From Bacteroidaceae bacterium (lineage in GTDB: Bacteria > Bacteroidota > Bacteroidia > Bacteroidales > Bacteroidaceae): a stretch of 64,000 bases of DNA. The stretch spans positions 3,346 to 67,345 of the forward strand of contig CAAHEN010000248.1 of NCBI GenBank assembly GCA_900772575.1. The letters are read 5' to 3'. The notes beneath the pieces were generated by a model. The model saw only the letters and a list, made by a program, of their open reading frames with translations. It was not told where the DNA came from and ran no database searches. Both the position numbers and the translations under genes were made by a program. Numbering within the stretch: the stretch's first letter is position 1; each line of letters begins with the position of its first letter. Below are positions 9,328-20,311 of the stretch, piece by piece.

Positions 9328-10404
9328 TCAGCCCAAAGCGGCGACTGCGTACTTGGTGAGGAAATACCCACCGACCACGAGCCACACATAGAGCAATGCA
9401 GCCAGGAGAAAAGGCTTCGCACCGGCTTTCCTGAATTTGTCGATACTGGTGTCTGTGCCTAGGGCGGTCATGGCCATGGTCAGCATAAAGGTGTCAATGT
9501 ATTCGATAGCACCGTTGAGAGGAATGTCCCTTACAGTCGACGCCCCACAGGCATGCTGCAACAGGGAGTTCAGGCATATAATCCCGATGAAGCCGAATGC
9601 GAACCATGGCACAGTCACCTTGCTCCTCTCGCACTGACCTCCAGGCACGATCGTCCTTCTACCCGCCAAAACAATCCCCATCACCACCAGCACCGGCGCA
9701 AGCAGCATTACCCTTATCATCTTTGTAATCGTAGCCGTTCCGGCAATCCCCAGACTGTCCGTCGGATCCATGGCGTTACCAGCTCCAGCTACATGGGCAA
9801 CCTCGTGAAGCGTGCCGCCGGTATATATGGCTACAGCCGTATCGTCTAGTCCTGACAGCAACCCCGCTCTATACATGATGGGGTAAAGAAACATGGACAG
9901 AGTGCCAAAAATGACTACCGTTGAAACGGCAATGGCTGTTTTATGATTTTCACACTTCACCACAGGCTCGGCACCAAGGACAGCGGCTGCTCCACATATA
10001 GCACTGCCCGTTGAAGTCATGAGAGCGGTATCAGCATCCATTTTCAACAGGCGTCCGAACCAGACACCAAGCAGCAGAGTCCCAACAACAACCGCCAGGT
10101 CAACCACCACCGCCGGTACCCCCACAGCCATCACTTGTGTCAGCGTCAGCCTGAAGCCGTAGAGCACAATACCGGCCCGCAGAACCTGCTTGGTGCAGAA
10201 TTTGATGCCAGGAATCCAAGTCTCCGGCAACTTGTTACGAAGGCTGTTGGCATACAGCATACCCAGTATGATGCCAATGATAAGCGGACTGAGCGAAAGA
10301 TGCTTCATCACTGGCAGTTCCGCAAGATAGAATGCCGCAAATGAAAACAGCGTGATGAGCAATACCCCGTGCAGGGTATTGGCTCTGTTTCCTTTTCCAA
10401 ACAT
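9328..10404 (-). CDS. YeiH family membrane protein (putative sulfate exporter)
   Basis: LRAGIVLYGFRL, GSAICGAAAV, GGTLHEVAHV, ITKMIRVMLL; multiple TM helices. Confidence 0.9.
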   Translation of the reverse strand: MFGKGNRANTLHGVLLITLFSFAAFYLAELPVMKHLSLSPLIIGIILGMLYANSLRNKLPETWIPGIKFCTKQVLRAGIVLYGFRLTLTQVMAVGVPAVVVDLAVVVGTLLLGVWFGRLLKMDADTALMTSTGSAICGAAAVLGAEPVVKCENHKTAIAVSTVVIFGTLSMFLYPIMYRAGLLSGLDDTAVAIYTGGTLHEVAHVAGAGNAMDPTDSLGIAGTATITKMIRVMLLAPVLVVMGIVLAGRRTIVPGGQCERSKVTVPWFAFGFIGIICLNSLLQHACGASTVRDIPLNGAIEYIDTFMLTMAMTALGTDTSIDKFRKAGAKPFLLAALLYVWLVVGGYFLTKYAVAALG

Positions 10405-10662
10405 AGACTCTATATTTTAATTTCGCCGCAAAGGTACTCAATTTACCGTATTTATCCCACCATTCATCATGGAGATCGCACAATATGACACAGTTCAGCG
10501 AATCTTGTCAGTAGTTCGGCGTAGCCAAAGAAATCTGCATAGGTCAGATGGGCAAAGTGCCAATTGTGCTTTTAGTATACGGTTTTACAGCGATATCCTG
10601 CATTATTATTCAATGAAGCGCATTCAAACCGACAGAAAACAAAGCTTTTCTCTGTCAATGTG

Positions 10663-10693
10663 TTTGACATCTCACGAAATAACCGTATATTTG
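10663..10693 (+). promoter_or_regulatory. Promoter of acn-icd-gltA operon
   Basis: TTTG (10663-10666), 19-nt spacer, TATATTTG (10686-10693). Confidence 0.75.
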
Positions 10694-10776
10694 CAGGAGA
10701 TTTGCTGTGTATAATTTTAATTTGATTCGATTTTGGAAGATTATCCTCCATCTTCAATAAAAATACCTTGCTGCAC

Positions 10777-13026
10777 ATGACATACGACAAGAACATGCTT
10801 TACCGCTTCTATGCCAACTATGCTGACCGTGTGGGCGCCATAAGGAGCACCTTGGGCCGACCGCTGACCTACGCCGAGAAAGTGCTTTATGCACATTTAT
10901 GCAAGTCCGGCCAGAACGTCAAGTTCTTCCGCGGGAAGGATTATGCCAATTTCAGGCCGGATCGTGTAGCAATGCAAGATGCCACAGCCCAGATGGCACT
11001 GCTACAGTTCATGAATGCCGGACGACAGGCCACAGCCGTTCCAGCTACCGTGCATTGCGACCACCTGATATGCGCAGCCAGCGGTGCTGACGAAGACCTC
11101 GCCACGGCGCGAAGCAGCAATGCCGAAGTCTATGATTTTCTCCGATCTGCGGCTTCACGCTATGGCATAGGATACTGGGGGCCAGGGGCAGGCATCATTC
11201 ATCAAGTGGTGCTTGAGAACTATGCTTTTCCCGGTGGCATGATGATTGGTACAGATTCCCATACGCCCAATGCCGGCGGCATGGGAATGATCGCCATTGG
11301 CGTCGGCGGGGCCGATGCGGCCGACGTCATGGCGGGTCTAGAGTGGGAATTGAAAGTGCCGCGGCTTATCGGCGTCAGACTGGTCGGAAAGCTTTCCGGC
11401 TGGGCATCAGCAAAAGACGTCATTCTGGAACTGGCTGGACGACTGACGGTCAAAGGCGGCACTAATGCGATCATTGAATACTTCGGGCCGGGGGTGGCGA
11501 CGTTGCCCTGTACAGGCCGGGCCACCATCTGCAATATGGGAGCAGAGGTTGGGGCAACCACATCGATTTTCCCCTATGATGACAATGCACGCCGCTATCT
11601 TGTGGCAACAGGACGCACCGACGTCGCAGAGATGGCGGACAGCTGCCACAAGGAACTTGTCGCTGATGAGGCTGTCACAGCATGCCCGGAAAACTACTTT
11701 GACGAGCTCATAGACATAGATCTGTCCTCACTGACACCGCGCTTGAACGGCCCATTCACGCCTGACGCCTGTAGCCCCGTAGCCGACATGCCGCAGCGAG
11801 TGGCCGAACAAGGTTTTCCGGACAAGGTGGAGGTTGTCCTGATCGGTTCGTGCACCAATTCTTCCTACCAAGATCTCTCACGGGCAGCTTCAGTGCTCCG
11901 TCTGGGACTCGATGCTGGCTTGGCTGTCAAGACACAGCTCATCATCAATCCTGGCTCAGAGCTCATCAGTGCCACGGCAGAGCGTGACAGCTTGCTCGAC
12001 ACATTCCGCCGTGCTGGAGCCGTCATTATGGCCAATGCCTGTGGCCCCTGCATCGGACAGTGGCGACGTGTCACCGACGACCCGCTACGCCGCAACAGCA
12101 TTGTCACCACCTTCAACCGCAACTTTGCCAAGCGAGCCGATGGCAACCCGAACACCTATGCCTTCATCGCCTCGCCTGAAGTCGCTGTCGGCTATGCATT
12201 CACAGGATGTTTGAGTGAGCATCCCTCATTTTCGGCCGCTTATACCATGCTGCGTCCGGATGCCTGTCCAGACTTGCCAGCACAAGGATTTGCCACGCCC
12301 ACAGACAATGGCTACCGGGCCCCTTCTGCCGATGCAGCCGAACCGGTCATCAGGCCGGACAGTGAGCGTTTGCAGCGTCTGGCACCTTTCGCACCGTGGA
12401 ATGGCCGTGACATGAATGGTCTGCGCCTGCTCATCAAGGCCAAAGGCAAGTGCACGACAGACCATATCTCGATGGCAGGACCGTGGCTGAAGTACCGTGG
12501 GCATCTTGAGAACATCTCACGCAACCTATTGATGGGGGCAATCAACGCTTTCAACGGGCAGTCCAATGCTGTCTGCAATCCTTTGACGGGCAACACAGAA
12601 GCCGTTTCTGCCGTAGCCGCTGCGCTCAAGTCCAATGGTCTGGGCAGTGTCGTCGTAGCCGAAGACAACTATGGCGAAGGATCAAGCCGTGAACATGCAG
12701 CCATGGAACCCCGCTATCTGGGAGTGCGTGTGGTGCTGGTGAAAAGTTTTGCCCGCATTCATGAAACGAATTTGAAAAAGCAGGGAATCCTCGCCTTGAC
12801 GTTTGTACACCCTGAAGATTACGACCAGATCCGTGATGGCGACAGCTTCAATGTGGCTTGTGCGGACATCGCTCCTGGCAGCATCATCGGCATAACAATC
12901 TGTCATGAGGACGGTAGTGAGGGCCACATTGAAGCCCATCATACATACAATGCGCAGCAAATAGAATGGTTACGTGCTGGTTCGGCCCTGAATGCCCTGG
13001 CCCGTCAGCACTATAAAAACAATTGA
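10777..13026 (+). CDS. acnA: Aconitate hydratase, mitochondrial-type
   Basis: [55 protein letters not shown]. Confidence 0.95.
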   Translation: MTYDKNMLYRFYANYADRVGAIRSTLGRPLTYAEKVLYAHLCKSGQNVKFFRGKDYANFRPDRVAMQDATAQMALLQFMNAGRQATAVPATVHCDHLICAASGADEDLATARSSNAEVYDFLRSAASRYGIGYWGPGAGIIHQVVLENYAFPGGMMIGTDSHTPNAGGMGMIAIGVGGADAADVMAGLEWELKVPRLIGVRLVGKLSGWASAKDVILELAGRLTVKGGTNAIIEYFGPGVATLPCTGRATICNMGAEVGATTSIFPYDDNARRYLVATGRTDVAEMADSCHKELVADEAVTACPENYFDELIDIDLSSLTPRLNGPFTPDACSPVADMPQRVAEQGFPDKVEVVLIGSCTNSSYQDLSRAASVLRLGLDAGLAVKTQLIINPGSELISATAERDSLLDTFRRAGAVIMANACGPCIGQWRRVTDDPLRRNSIVTTFNRNFAKRADGNPNTYAFIASPEVAVGYAFTGCLSEHPSFSAAYTMLRPDACPDLPAQGFATPTDNGYRAPSADAAEPVIRPDSERLQRLAPFAPWNGRDMNGLRLLIKAKGKCTTDHISMAGPWLKYRGHLENISRNLLMGAINAFNGQSNAVCNPLTGNTEAVSAVAAALKSNGLGSVVVAEDNYGEGSSREHAAMEPRYLGVRVVLVKSFARIHETNLKKQGILALTFVHPEDYDQIRDGDSFNVACADIAPGSIIGITICHEDGSEGHIEAHHTYNAQQIEWLRAGSALNALARQHYKNN

Positions 13027-13042
13027 TATACCCCTCACGATT

Positions 13043-14224
13043 ATGAGCAAGATTAGTATGACGGCCGACGGCACGCTTCAGGTCCCCGACATCCTGACCG
13101 TTCCCTTCATCACTGGCGACGGCGTCGGCGCTGAGATCACCTCCGCAATGCAGCGCGTTGTCGATGCTGCCTTGACGACGGTCTACACCGACCGGCGCAT
13201 TGAGTGGCTGGCTGTAGCTGCCGGACAGGTTGCCTACGATACACTGGGAACCTATCTGCCGACCGAGACCATCGAGGCTTTCAAAACCTATCACATTGGC
13301 ATCAAAGGGCCATTGACGACGCCTGTCGGCGGTGGTATCCGTTCGCTCAATGTGGCACTTCGCCAAGGACTGGATCTCTATGTCTGCCTGCGTCCGGTAC
13401 GCTGGTTCAGTGGGGTCACGTCTCCCGTACTCCACCCCGAACGCGTCGACATGGTGGTGTTTCGCGAAAACACAGAGGACATCTATGCCGGCATTGAGTG
13501 GGAAGCCGGAACCCCTGATGCCCAGCGTTTTCTGGATTTTCTGACCCACGACATGGGCGTCGACAAAGTGCGCTTCCCTGCCACGTCATCGTTTGGCGTG
13601 AAACCGGTATCACGTGAAGGCACAGAGCGGTTGGTTCGGGCGGCTTGCCGCTATGCGTTGGAACACGGCCGTCGCACGGTAACCCTTGTCCATAAGGGTA
13701 ACATCATGAAGTACACCGAAGGGGGCTTCAAACGTTGGGGATATGAGTTGGTGACGCGTGAGTTCGCCGATGCCATCAGTTCGGGTCATCTTGTGGTCAA
13801 CGACTGCATCGCCGACGCCTTCTTCCAGAACGCGCTGCTCAGCCCTGAAGCTTACGATGTCATTGCCACACTCAACCTGAACGGTGATTACATCTCCGAC
13901 ATGCTGGCCGCCCAAGTCGGTGGCATCGGCATCTCACCGGGAGCCAATATCAACTATGCCACTGGCAACGCCATATTCGAAGCCACGCACGGCACAGCAC
14001 CGGACATCGCCGGCAAGGATCTGGCAAACCCCTGTTCGCTGATTCTCTCTGCGACCATGTTGCTTGAATACGTGGGATGGAATGAGGTAGCCCGAGCCAT
14101 TACTACGGCGCTTCAGACCACATTTGCCGACCGACAGGCCACTACAGATTTGGCCCGCTTCATGCCCGGAGGCATTGCGTTGGGTACACGAGCTTTCACC
14201 GATGCGCTCATCGCCCATCTCTGA
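13043..14224 (+). CDS. icd: NADP-dependent isocitrate dehydrogenase
   Basis: GDGVG, IKGPLTTPVGGGIRSLNVALRQ, FRENTEDIYAG, VHKGNIMK, FEATHGTAP. Confidence 0.95.
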   Translation: MSKISMTADGTLQVPDILTVPFITGDGVGAEITSAMQRVVDAALTTVYTDRRIEWLAVAAGQVAYDTLGTYLPTETIEAFKTYHIGIKGPLTTPVGGGIRSLNVALRQGLDLYVCLRPVRWFSGVTSPVLHPERVDMVVFRENTEDIYAGIEWEAGTPDAQRFLDFLTHDMGVDKVRFPATSSFGVKPVSREGTERLVRAACRYALEHGRRTVTLVHKGNIMKYTEGGFKRWGYELVTREFADAISSGHLVVNDCIADAFFQNALLSPEAYDVIATLNLNGDYISDMLAAQVGGIGISPGANINYATGNAIFEATHGTAPDIAGKDLANPCSLILSATMLLEYVGWNEVARAITTALQTTFADRQATTDLARFMPGGIALGTRAFTDALIAHL

Positions 14225-14317
14225 TATTCTTATCATACAGGAACAGGCCACGCTTATCCCTTGAAAATCCCGTAGGCCAATATTTTACCAAGAAACCATT
14301 TTATCCCAGCAGCTATC

Positions 14318-15670
14318 ATGACGACCAAGAAAAAAGAATACCTCATCTATAAGCTCTCCGACGAAATGAAGAGTTGCATCCGCATTGATGCAGAACTGTT
14401 CAAGCAGCTCGACGTCAAACGTGGCCTACGCAATGAGAATGGCACCGGTGTACTCGTCGGACTGACCAACATCGGCAATGTTGTGGGTTACGAGCAGACA
14501 ACTGAAGGCCTGCGCCCCATTCCGGGCAAGCTCTTCTACCGAGGTTACGAGATTGCCGACCTCGCCCATGCCATCATGGCGGAGCAACGTTTCGGATTCG
14601 AGGAAATAGCCTATCTGCTGCTCTCCGGCAGTCTGCCTGACGCTGAGGAGCTACATGCCTTCCGCAGTCTCGTCTTCGACAACATGCCCCTACAGCCTAA
14701 GACTACGCTCAATATCATCGAACTGGAGGGGAGCAACATCATGAACATTCTGGCGCGAAGCGTTCTGGAGCTTTACACCTACGACAAGCTGCCTGACGAC
14801 ACCTCGAGAGACAATCTCATGCGTCAGAGCATTGAACTCGTATCAAAGTTCCCAACCATCATTGCCTACGCCTATAACATGCTGCGCCATAAGACATTGG
14901 GACGATCCCTACACATTCGCCATCCACAGGAAACTCTCTCCATCGCGGAGAATTTTCTCTATATGCTCAAGGGGCCTCATTACACGGAGCTCGACGCGCG
15001 CACACTCGACCTGCTGCTCATGTTGCACGCCGAGCACGGCGGCGGCAATAACTCCACGTTCACCGTACGTGTGACATCGTCTTCTGGCACAGACACCTAT
15101 TCCTCTATCGCTGCGGGAATCGGCTCGCTCAAGGGCCCCAAACATGGTGGAGCCAATATCAAGGTACACGACATGATTCGCTTCATCGAGAGTGAACTTA
15201 AGGACTGGACAGATGAGGAGGAGATACGCAACATCTTGCGCCGTATCTTGCGGCGTGAGGCCTACGACCGCGTCGGGCTTATCTACGGCATTGGCCATGC
15301 TGTATACACCATTTCAGATCCACGTGCCGTCCTACTCAAGGAAATGGCGCGTGACCTGGCTCAGGAGAAAGGACGCAATGCTGAGTTCGAACTCTTGGAA
15401 CGCTTAGAGCGCCTGGGCATCGAGACGGTCTACGAAGTGAAGGGACGTGGCAAGGCCCTATGCGCCAATGTCGATTTCTATTCTGGCTTCGTCTATGATC
15501 TCATCGGGCTTCCGGTAGATATCTATACGCCGCTTTTTGCAATGGCGCGTATCGTCGGTTGGTGTGCCCACCGCAATGAGGAACTCAACTTTGAGGGCAA
15601 GCGCATCATTCGTCCTGCCTACCGTTGCGTAGCAGACGTCTGTGGGTACACGCCTATTGCCCAGCGCTGA
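14318..15670 (+). CDS. gltA: Citrate synthase
   Basis: HAEHGGGNNSTF, GPKHGGAN, YGIGHAVY..SDPR, ANVDFYSG, AMARIVGW. Confidence 0.93.
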   Translation: MTTKKKEYLIYKLSDEMKSCIRIDAELFKQLDVKRGLRNENGTGVLVGLTNIGNVVGYEQTTEGLRPIPGKLFYRGYEIADLAHAIMAEQRFGFEEIAYLLLSGSLPDAEELHAFRSLVFDNMPLQPKTTLNIIELEGSNIMNILARSVLELYTYDKLPDDTSRDNLMRQSIELVSKFPTIIAYAYNMLRHKTLGRSLHIRHPQETLSIAENFLYMLKGPHYTELDARTLDLLLMLHAEHGGGNNSTFTVRVTSSSGTDTYSSIAAGIGSLKGPKHGGANIKVHDMIRFIESELKDWTDEEEIRNILRRILRREAYDRVGLIYGIGHAVYTISDPRAVLLKEMARDLAQEKGRNAEFELLERLERLGIETVYEVKGRGKALCANVDFYSGFVYDLIGLPVDIYTPLFAMARIVGWCAHRNEELNFEGKRIIRPAYRCVADVCGYTPIAQR

Positions 15671-15799
15671 GGCGAAAAGAGAGTGGCCATGTACTTCCTT
15701 GGCTGGCTGAAGTTCTTCAGAGCGCAAATTCACAGGGCTGCACTTGCCCTATTTCCGGCTTTTTCCCTAACTTCGCACGTCAAACCAAAACAAACTGGG

Positions 15800-16189
15800 A
15801 TGTATTACGTTTCAAAACGCTTGGAGATTGCGTTTGCTCACCGGCTGACGCTTGACTACGAGAGCAAATGCCAACGCTTGCATGGGCACAACGGCATCGT
15901 GATCATCTATTGCCGTGCCAAAGAGCTAGACCGCAATGGCATGGTCGTGGATTTCACACATATCAAGCGCCTCATCACAGACCGCCTCGACCATGCGTTT
16001 CTCAATGACCTTTTCGACTTCAACCCGACGGCTGAAAACCTAGCCCGCTGGATCTGTGACCAAGTGCCCCACTGCTACAAGGTATCTTTCCAAGAATCGG
16101 AAGGCAACACGGCCGTCTATGTCAAAGATGGCGCTACGACGCCGCACTTTGATCCCCTGTTGCCGCCGATACAAGATGAAACGCTATAA
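15800..16189 (+). CDS. queD: 6-carboxy-5,6,7,8-tetrahydropterin synthase
   Basis: AH.L.....KC..LHGHN, GMVVDF, LDH..LN, NPTAENLA, QES. Confidence 0.92.
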   Translation: MYYVSKRLEIAFAHRLTLDYESKCQRLHGHNGIVIIYCRAKELDRNGMVVDFTHIKRLITDRLDHAFLNDLFDFNPTAENLARWICDQVPHCYKVSFQESEGNTAVYVKDGATTPHFDPLLPPIQDETL

Positions 16190-16763
16190 GATTAACGAGA
16201 TATTCTACTCGCTTCAGGGTGAAGGCTACTTTGCAGGTACACCCTCGCTCTTCATCCGTTTTTCAGGCTGCAACCTGCACTGCCCGTTTTGCGACACGGC
16301 TCATGAGGCTGGCAGGTCACTCTCTCTTTCCGATATCTTGGACGAAGCGGCGGCCTGTCCTGCCACACATGTCGTTCTCACCGGTGGCGAGCCTTCTTTG
16401 TCTGTAAGTCAGGAAATTATCGACGGTCTGCACGCGTTGGGCAAGTTCATTACCATCGAAACGAATGGCACACATGCGTTGCCCGAGGGTATAGATTGGG
16501 TGACACTTTCTCCTAAAACGCCCTTTGTGCCCGGCGCACCACCCGTGGTGTTGCACAGCTGCGACGAGCTGAAACTGATATTCGATGGGCGGCCTGTGCC
16601 TGAATTCAGGGGGCTGAGTGTGAACCATCGCTTCGTACAGCCATGCGACACCGGAGATGATGCCCGCAATGCGGTCATCACGACTGCCGCCATCGCCTAT
16701 TGTCTCCAGCACCCCACTTGGCGCCTGTCTCTTCAAACACACAAATTGACCGGCATACGCTAA
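16176..16763 (+). CDS. queE: 7-carboxy-7-deazaguanine synthase (radical SAM)
   Basis: EIFYSLQGEG, FIRFSGCNLHCPFCDT, TGGEP, IETNGT, LSPK, LSLQTHK; overlaps the queD 3' end. Confidence 0.93.
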   Translation: MKRYKINEIFYSLQGEGYFAGTPSLFIRFSGCNLHCPFCDTAHEAGRSLSLSDILDEAAACPATHVVLTGGEPSLSVSQEIIDGLHALGKFITIETNGTHALPEGIDWVTLSPKTPFVPGAPPVVLHSCDELKLIFDGRPVPEFRGLSVNHRFVQPCDTGDDARNAVITTAAIAYCLQHPTWRLSLQTHKLTGIR

Positions 16764-16848
16764 AACCGCATATCGGCCATTTGGTATCAGAGTCATAATA
16801 CCATGATGTTGAGCACTTCCCTCTTGGCTGAAATGGTGGGAAAGAGGT

Positions 16849-19800
16849 TTATACGGCCTTATTAGGGAGCACAGTCTGGTGTGCCGTAACAGTTGGCGCT
16901 GGGGCACACATGGTCTCAAGTGTACTCAGCGCGTCTCCGACACTGCGCACGTCCCGGATGATCATGCGTCGTTTCCCTTTATGCTCACTGATCTCACAGC
17001 GACGGAAATGAGCCGTGGCGTAGTCAATGATTCGGCCGAAGGTCTCACTCTTGTAGAAAGGGCTCTGGACATTGCTGACAAAATAGAGCGTCATACGACC
17101 ATTCTTGAGCATCAGCCGTTCGACACCGCACCGGCGCCCAAGCCTGCGCAGCGGCACGATGCGCAAAAGCTCCTCGCCCTCAGGTGGCAACGGGCCGAAA
17201 CGATCCTCCATACGCTGTCTGAACGCGGCTATTTCATCATCGCTTGCCAATCCGTCAAGTTCACGATAAAGCAACATACGCTCACTGGCGCCTGGTACAT
17301 AGTTCTCTGGGAAATAGGCATGAAGGTCACAGTCCACATTGCAGTCATCGACAAACATGTCCCCCGTAAGTGCTGCCTCATTTTTTCCCTCTTCCGTATA
17401 GAGTTCGGCGAACTCATCGTTCTTAAGTTCCGTAACGGCCTCTGCCAATATCTTCTGATATGTCTCATAGCCTAGGTCGGCTATGAACCCGCTCTGCTCA
17501 GAGCCGAGCAGGTTGCCTGCCCCACGAATGTCCAAATCTTGCATGGCGATGTGTATGCCCGAGCCCAAGTCGCTGAAGTTCTCGATGGCCTGCAATCGTC
17601 GTCGCGCATCGTCTGGGAGCAGGTGGAGCGGCGGCGCAAGGAGATAGCAGAAAGCCTTGCGGTTGCTTCGTCCGACACGTCCGCGCATCTGATGCAGATC
17701 GGAAAGGCCAAAATGCTGTGCCGCGTCAATGATGATGGTGTTGGCGTTAGGGATGTCGATACCGTTCTCGACGATCGTCGTCGAGATGAGCACGTCATAG
17801 TCATAGTTGACAAAACCCAGAACCACCTTTTCCAGTTCTGCCGGCGGCATCTGTCCATGCCCGGTAACGACACGAGCATCTGGCACATACTTGTTGACCA
17901 GTGCAGCCAGCGTACCGAGGGAGGCGATACGATTAGTGACAATATAGACCTGTCCGTTGCGGCTCATCTCAAAGTTGATGGCCTCGGCGATAATCTCATG
18001 GCTGAACGTGTGCACCTCTGTCTGTATGGGCCGGCGGTTGGGGGGCGGCGTCTGAATCACTGAGAAATCGCGTGCCCCCATCAATGAGAATTGCAGCGTG
18101 CGCGGAATCGGCGTGGCAGACATGGTCAGTGTGTCGACATTGACCTTGATCTGGCGCAGGCGCTCCTTGACCGCCACGCCAAACTTTTGCTCCTCATCGA
18201 TGATGAGCAGACCGAGATCGTGCCATTTGACGGATTTGCTGATCAGTTTGTGCGTACCGACCAATATATTAATGTCACCTGCGGCAAGATCCTTGACGAT
18301 AGCCTTGGCCTGCGCAGTCGTACGGGCCCGACTGAGATAGTCCACCCGCACTGGAAAATCCCTCAGTCTGGCGGCAAACGTCTTGTAGTGTTGCAGGGCA
18401 AGCACCGTGGTCGGGACGAGCACAGCCACTTGCTTGTTGTCCGCCACTGCTTTCAAGGCTGCCCGCACAGCGATTTCAGTCTTTCCGAAACCGACATCGC
18501 CACAGACGAGGCGATCCATCGGACGAGAACGCTCCATGTCTGCCTTGACCTCCTGTGTCACACGGAGCTGATCTGGCGTATCCTCATAGGCGAAACCCGC
18601 TTCCAGTTCGTGCTGCATGAAACTGTCAGGGCTGAAGGCAAACCCTTTCTCCTCACGCCGCCGCGAGTAGAGTCGTATAAGGTCGCGGGCAATATCCTTG
18701 ATTTTCTGCTTGGTGCGTTCCTTCATTTTTTCCCAAGCCCCCGTACCGAGGCGGCTCAGGTGAGGCGGCTCACCCTCGCATCCCTTATATTTCGACACCT
18801 TGTGAAGGGCATGGATAGAGACGAAGACCACATCATCGTTCTGATAGGTCAGTTTGAGCATTTCCTGCATTGTACCGTCACTCCCAGCCACACGGACCAA
18901 ACCGGCAAAGCGCCCGATGCCATGGTCTATGTGCACCACAAAGTCACCGGGCTCATACTGCATGAGTTCTTTCAGCGTCAGCGCCATTTTGGCGTCACGG
19001 GCATGATCGGTACGAAGGTTGTATTTGTGGAAACGGTCGAAAATCTGGTGATCGGTGAAAAGGCTCAGCCGCAAAGTCTCGTCAGTGAACCCTTCATGGA
19101 GTGTCGGCGTGACGGGGACGAACAGGCCTGTAGCGGAGTCGCCCTCCATCTCTCTGAGGATGTTGAGCAATCGCTCGTTCTGCTTCGCGCTGTCGGCCAA
19201 CACGTAGATGGTGCAACTGCGGGCCTTGAGCTCAGCAAAGGCACTGCGGACAAGATTAAAATTCTTATGGAAAAGCGGCTGTGGTGTGATGTCAAAATGC
19301 ACGGTGGCCTGTGGCAAGCCGGTATGGCGGAGCCCCAGCTCCACGCGCTGTAGGTGAGAAAAACCGCGACGAAGCACGTCGGCACGCGTCAGAAGGGACT
19401 CCCGGTTGAGACGCTTGCGTGCCTCAGCCGCAGCCATCTCCGAATCTGCCTCCAACTCGGCCAGAGTCTGGGCGGCAAAGCCCTCGTCATAGATGTTTCC
19501 GACGACATTGACCACAAAATCCAGATCACGCACGACCAAAAGAGTCTGCTCCGGCAACACGTCGGTGAAAGGCACGAGCTCACCGGCCTTCTCCTCCACA
19601 TCCGGAACAACGGTCACCGTCTGCAGTTGCTCGCGTGAAAGCTGCGTCTGCACCTCAAACGTGCGTATGCTTTCTATGTCATCGCCAAAGAAGTCAATGC
19701 GAAAGGGATATTCGGAAGAGTAAGAGAAGACATCGATGATACTGCCACGCACGGCAAACTCGCCAGGCTCATAGACATAGTCACGCCGCCGGAAACCGAG

Positions 19801-20292
19801 GTCAAGCAACCTGTGCCCCAACTCCTCCGTATCGGCCTGTCCACCCACACTGAGTGTGACTGTCCCTTTTTGGTAGTCATCGGCCGAGGCAACACGCTCG
19901 GCAATGGCAGCAGGAAAAGTGACGATATAACCTGCCGTTCCTACCGACAGGCGGTTGAGCACCTCAGTGCGCAGGATCTCATTGGCTGTATTGCGCTGGG
20001 CATATTTGACAGCGCGCCGGTAAGTGGACGGATAGAACAGCACATCGTTATCACCCAAGAGCTGCACCAAGTCATGATAGAAATAGCCAGCCTCCTCTTC
20101 GTCATTGAGCACAAAGAGCGCTGGGCGCTTCGTGGCCCCTCGCCGCCTCAATGCCCCGAATGCGACCGGAGCGGACGAAGCGCGCAGCCCCTCAGCAGCG
20201 ATGACGGGGCAGTGAGGATCGGTAATGAATTTTTCCAATGCAGCCACCTGCGGGTGCTCGGCATACAGGGAAAGTATATCATTCAGTGTCAT
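16849..20292 (-). CDS. mfd: Transcription-repair coupling factor
   Basis: GEFAVRGSIIDVF, VVHIDHGIG, DRLVCGDVGFGKTE, IIDEEQKFG, SATPIPRTL, HQMRGRVGRS, DLDIRGAGNLLG. Confidence 0.97.
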   Translation of the reverse strand: MTLNDILSLYAEHPQVAALEKFITDPHCPVIAAEGLRASSAPVAFGALRRRGATKRPALFVLNDEEEAGYFYHDLVQLLGDNDVLFYPSTYRRAVKYAQRNTANEILRTEVLNRLSVGTAGYIVTFPAAIAERVASADDYQKGTVTLSVGGQADTEELGHRLLDLGFRRRDYVYEPGEFAVRGSIIDVFSYSSEYPFRIDFFGDDIESIRTFEVQTQLSREQLQTVTVVPDVEEKAGELVPFTDVLPEQTLLVVRDLDFVVNVVGNIYDEGFAAQTLAELEADSEMAAAEARKRLNRESLLTRADVLRRGFSHLQRVELGLRHTGLPQATVHFDITPQPLFHKNFNLVRSAFAELKARSCTIYVLADSAKQNERLLNILREMEGDSATGLFVPVTPTLHEGFTDETLRLSLFTDHQIFDRFHKYNLRTDHARDAKMALTLKELMQYEPGDFVVHIDHGIGRFAGLVRVAGSDGTMQEMLKLTYQNDDVVFVSIHALHKVSKYKGCEGEPPHLSRLGTGAWEKMKERTKQKIKDIARDLIRLYSRRREEKGFAFSPDSFMQHELEAGFAYEDTPDQLRVTQEVKADMERSRPMDRLVCGDVGFGKTEIAVRAALKAVADNKQVAVLVPTTVLALQHYKTFAARLRDFPVRVDYLSRARTTAQAKAIVKDLAAGDINILVGTHKLISKSVKWHDLGLLIIDEEQKFGVAVKERLRQIKVNVDTLTMSATPIPRTLQFSLMGARDFSVIQTPPPNRRPIQTEVHTFSHEIIAEAINFEMSRNGQVYIVTNRIASLGTLAALVNKYVPDARVVTGHGQMPPAELEKVVLGFVNYDYDVLISTTIVENGIDIPNANTIIIDAAQHFGLSDLHQMRGRVGRSNRKAFCYLLAPPLHLLPDDARRRLQAIENFSDLGSGIHIAMQDLDIRGAGNLLGSEQSGFIADLGYETYQKILAEAVTELKNDEFAELYTEEGKNEAALTGDMFVDDCNVDCDLHAYFPENYVPGASERMLLYRELDGLASDDEIAAFRQRMEDRFGPLPPEGEELLRIVPLRRLGRRCGVERLMLKNGRMTLYFVSNVQSPFYKSETFGRIIDYATAHFRRCEISEHKGKRRMIIRDVRSVGDALSTLETMCAPAPTVTAHQTVLPNKAV

Positions 20293-20311
20293 GTCATCTC
20301 CTCAAATTCCA

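Noticed and set aside
15800..16763. Dpd or Qat-type 7-deazaguanine defence system
   Set aside because: No dpdA/tgt-like, queC-like or associated ATPase genes in the window.
7537..16800. Genomic island integrated at tRNA-Lys
   Set aside because: No integrase, no duplicated tRNA 3' end noticed, and composition similar to flanking core genes.
18091..19353. 420-aa plus-strand ORF and similar long ORFs opposite mfd, map, pfp, secA and clpB
   Set aside because: Antisense shadows produced by biased codon usage in well-supported genes.
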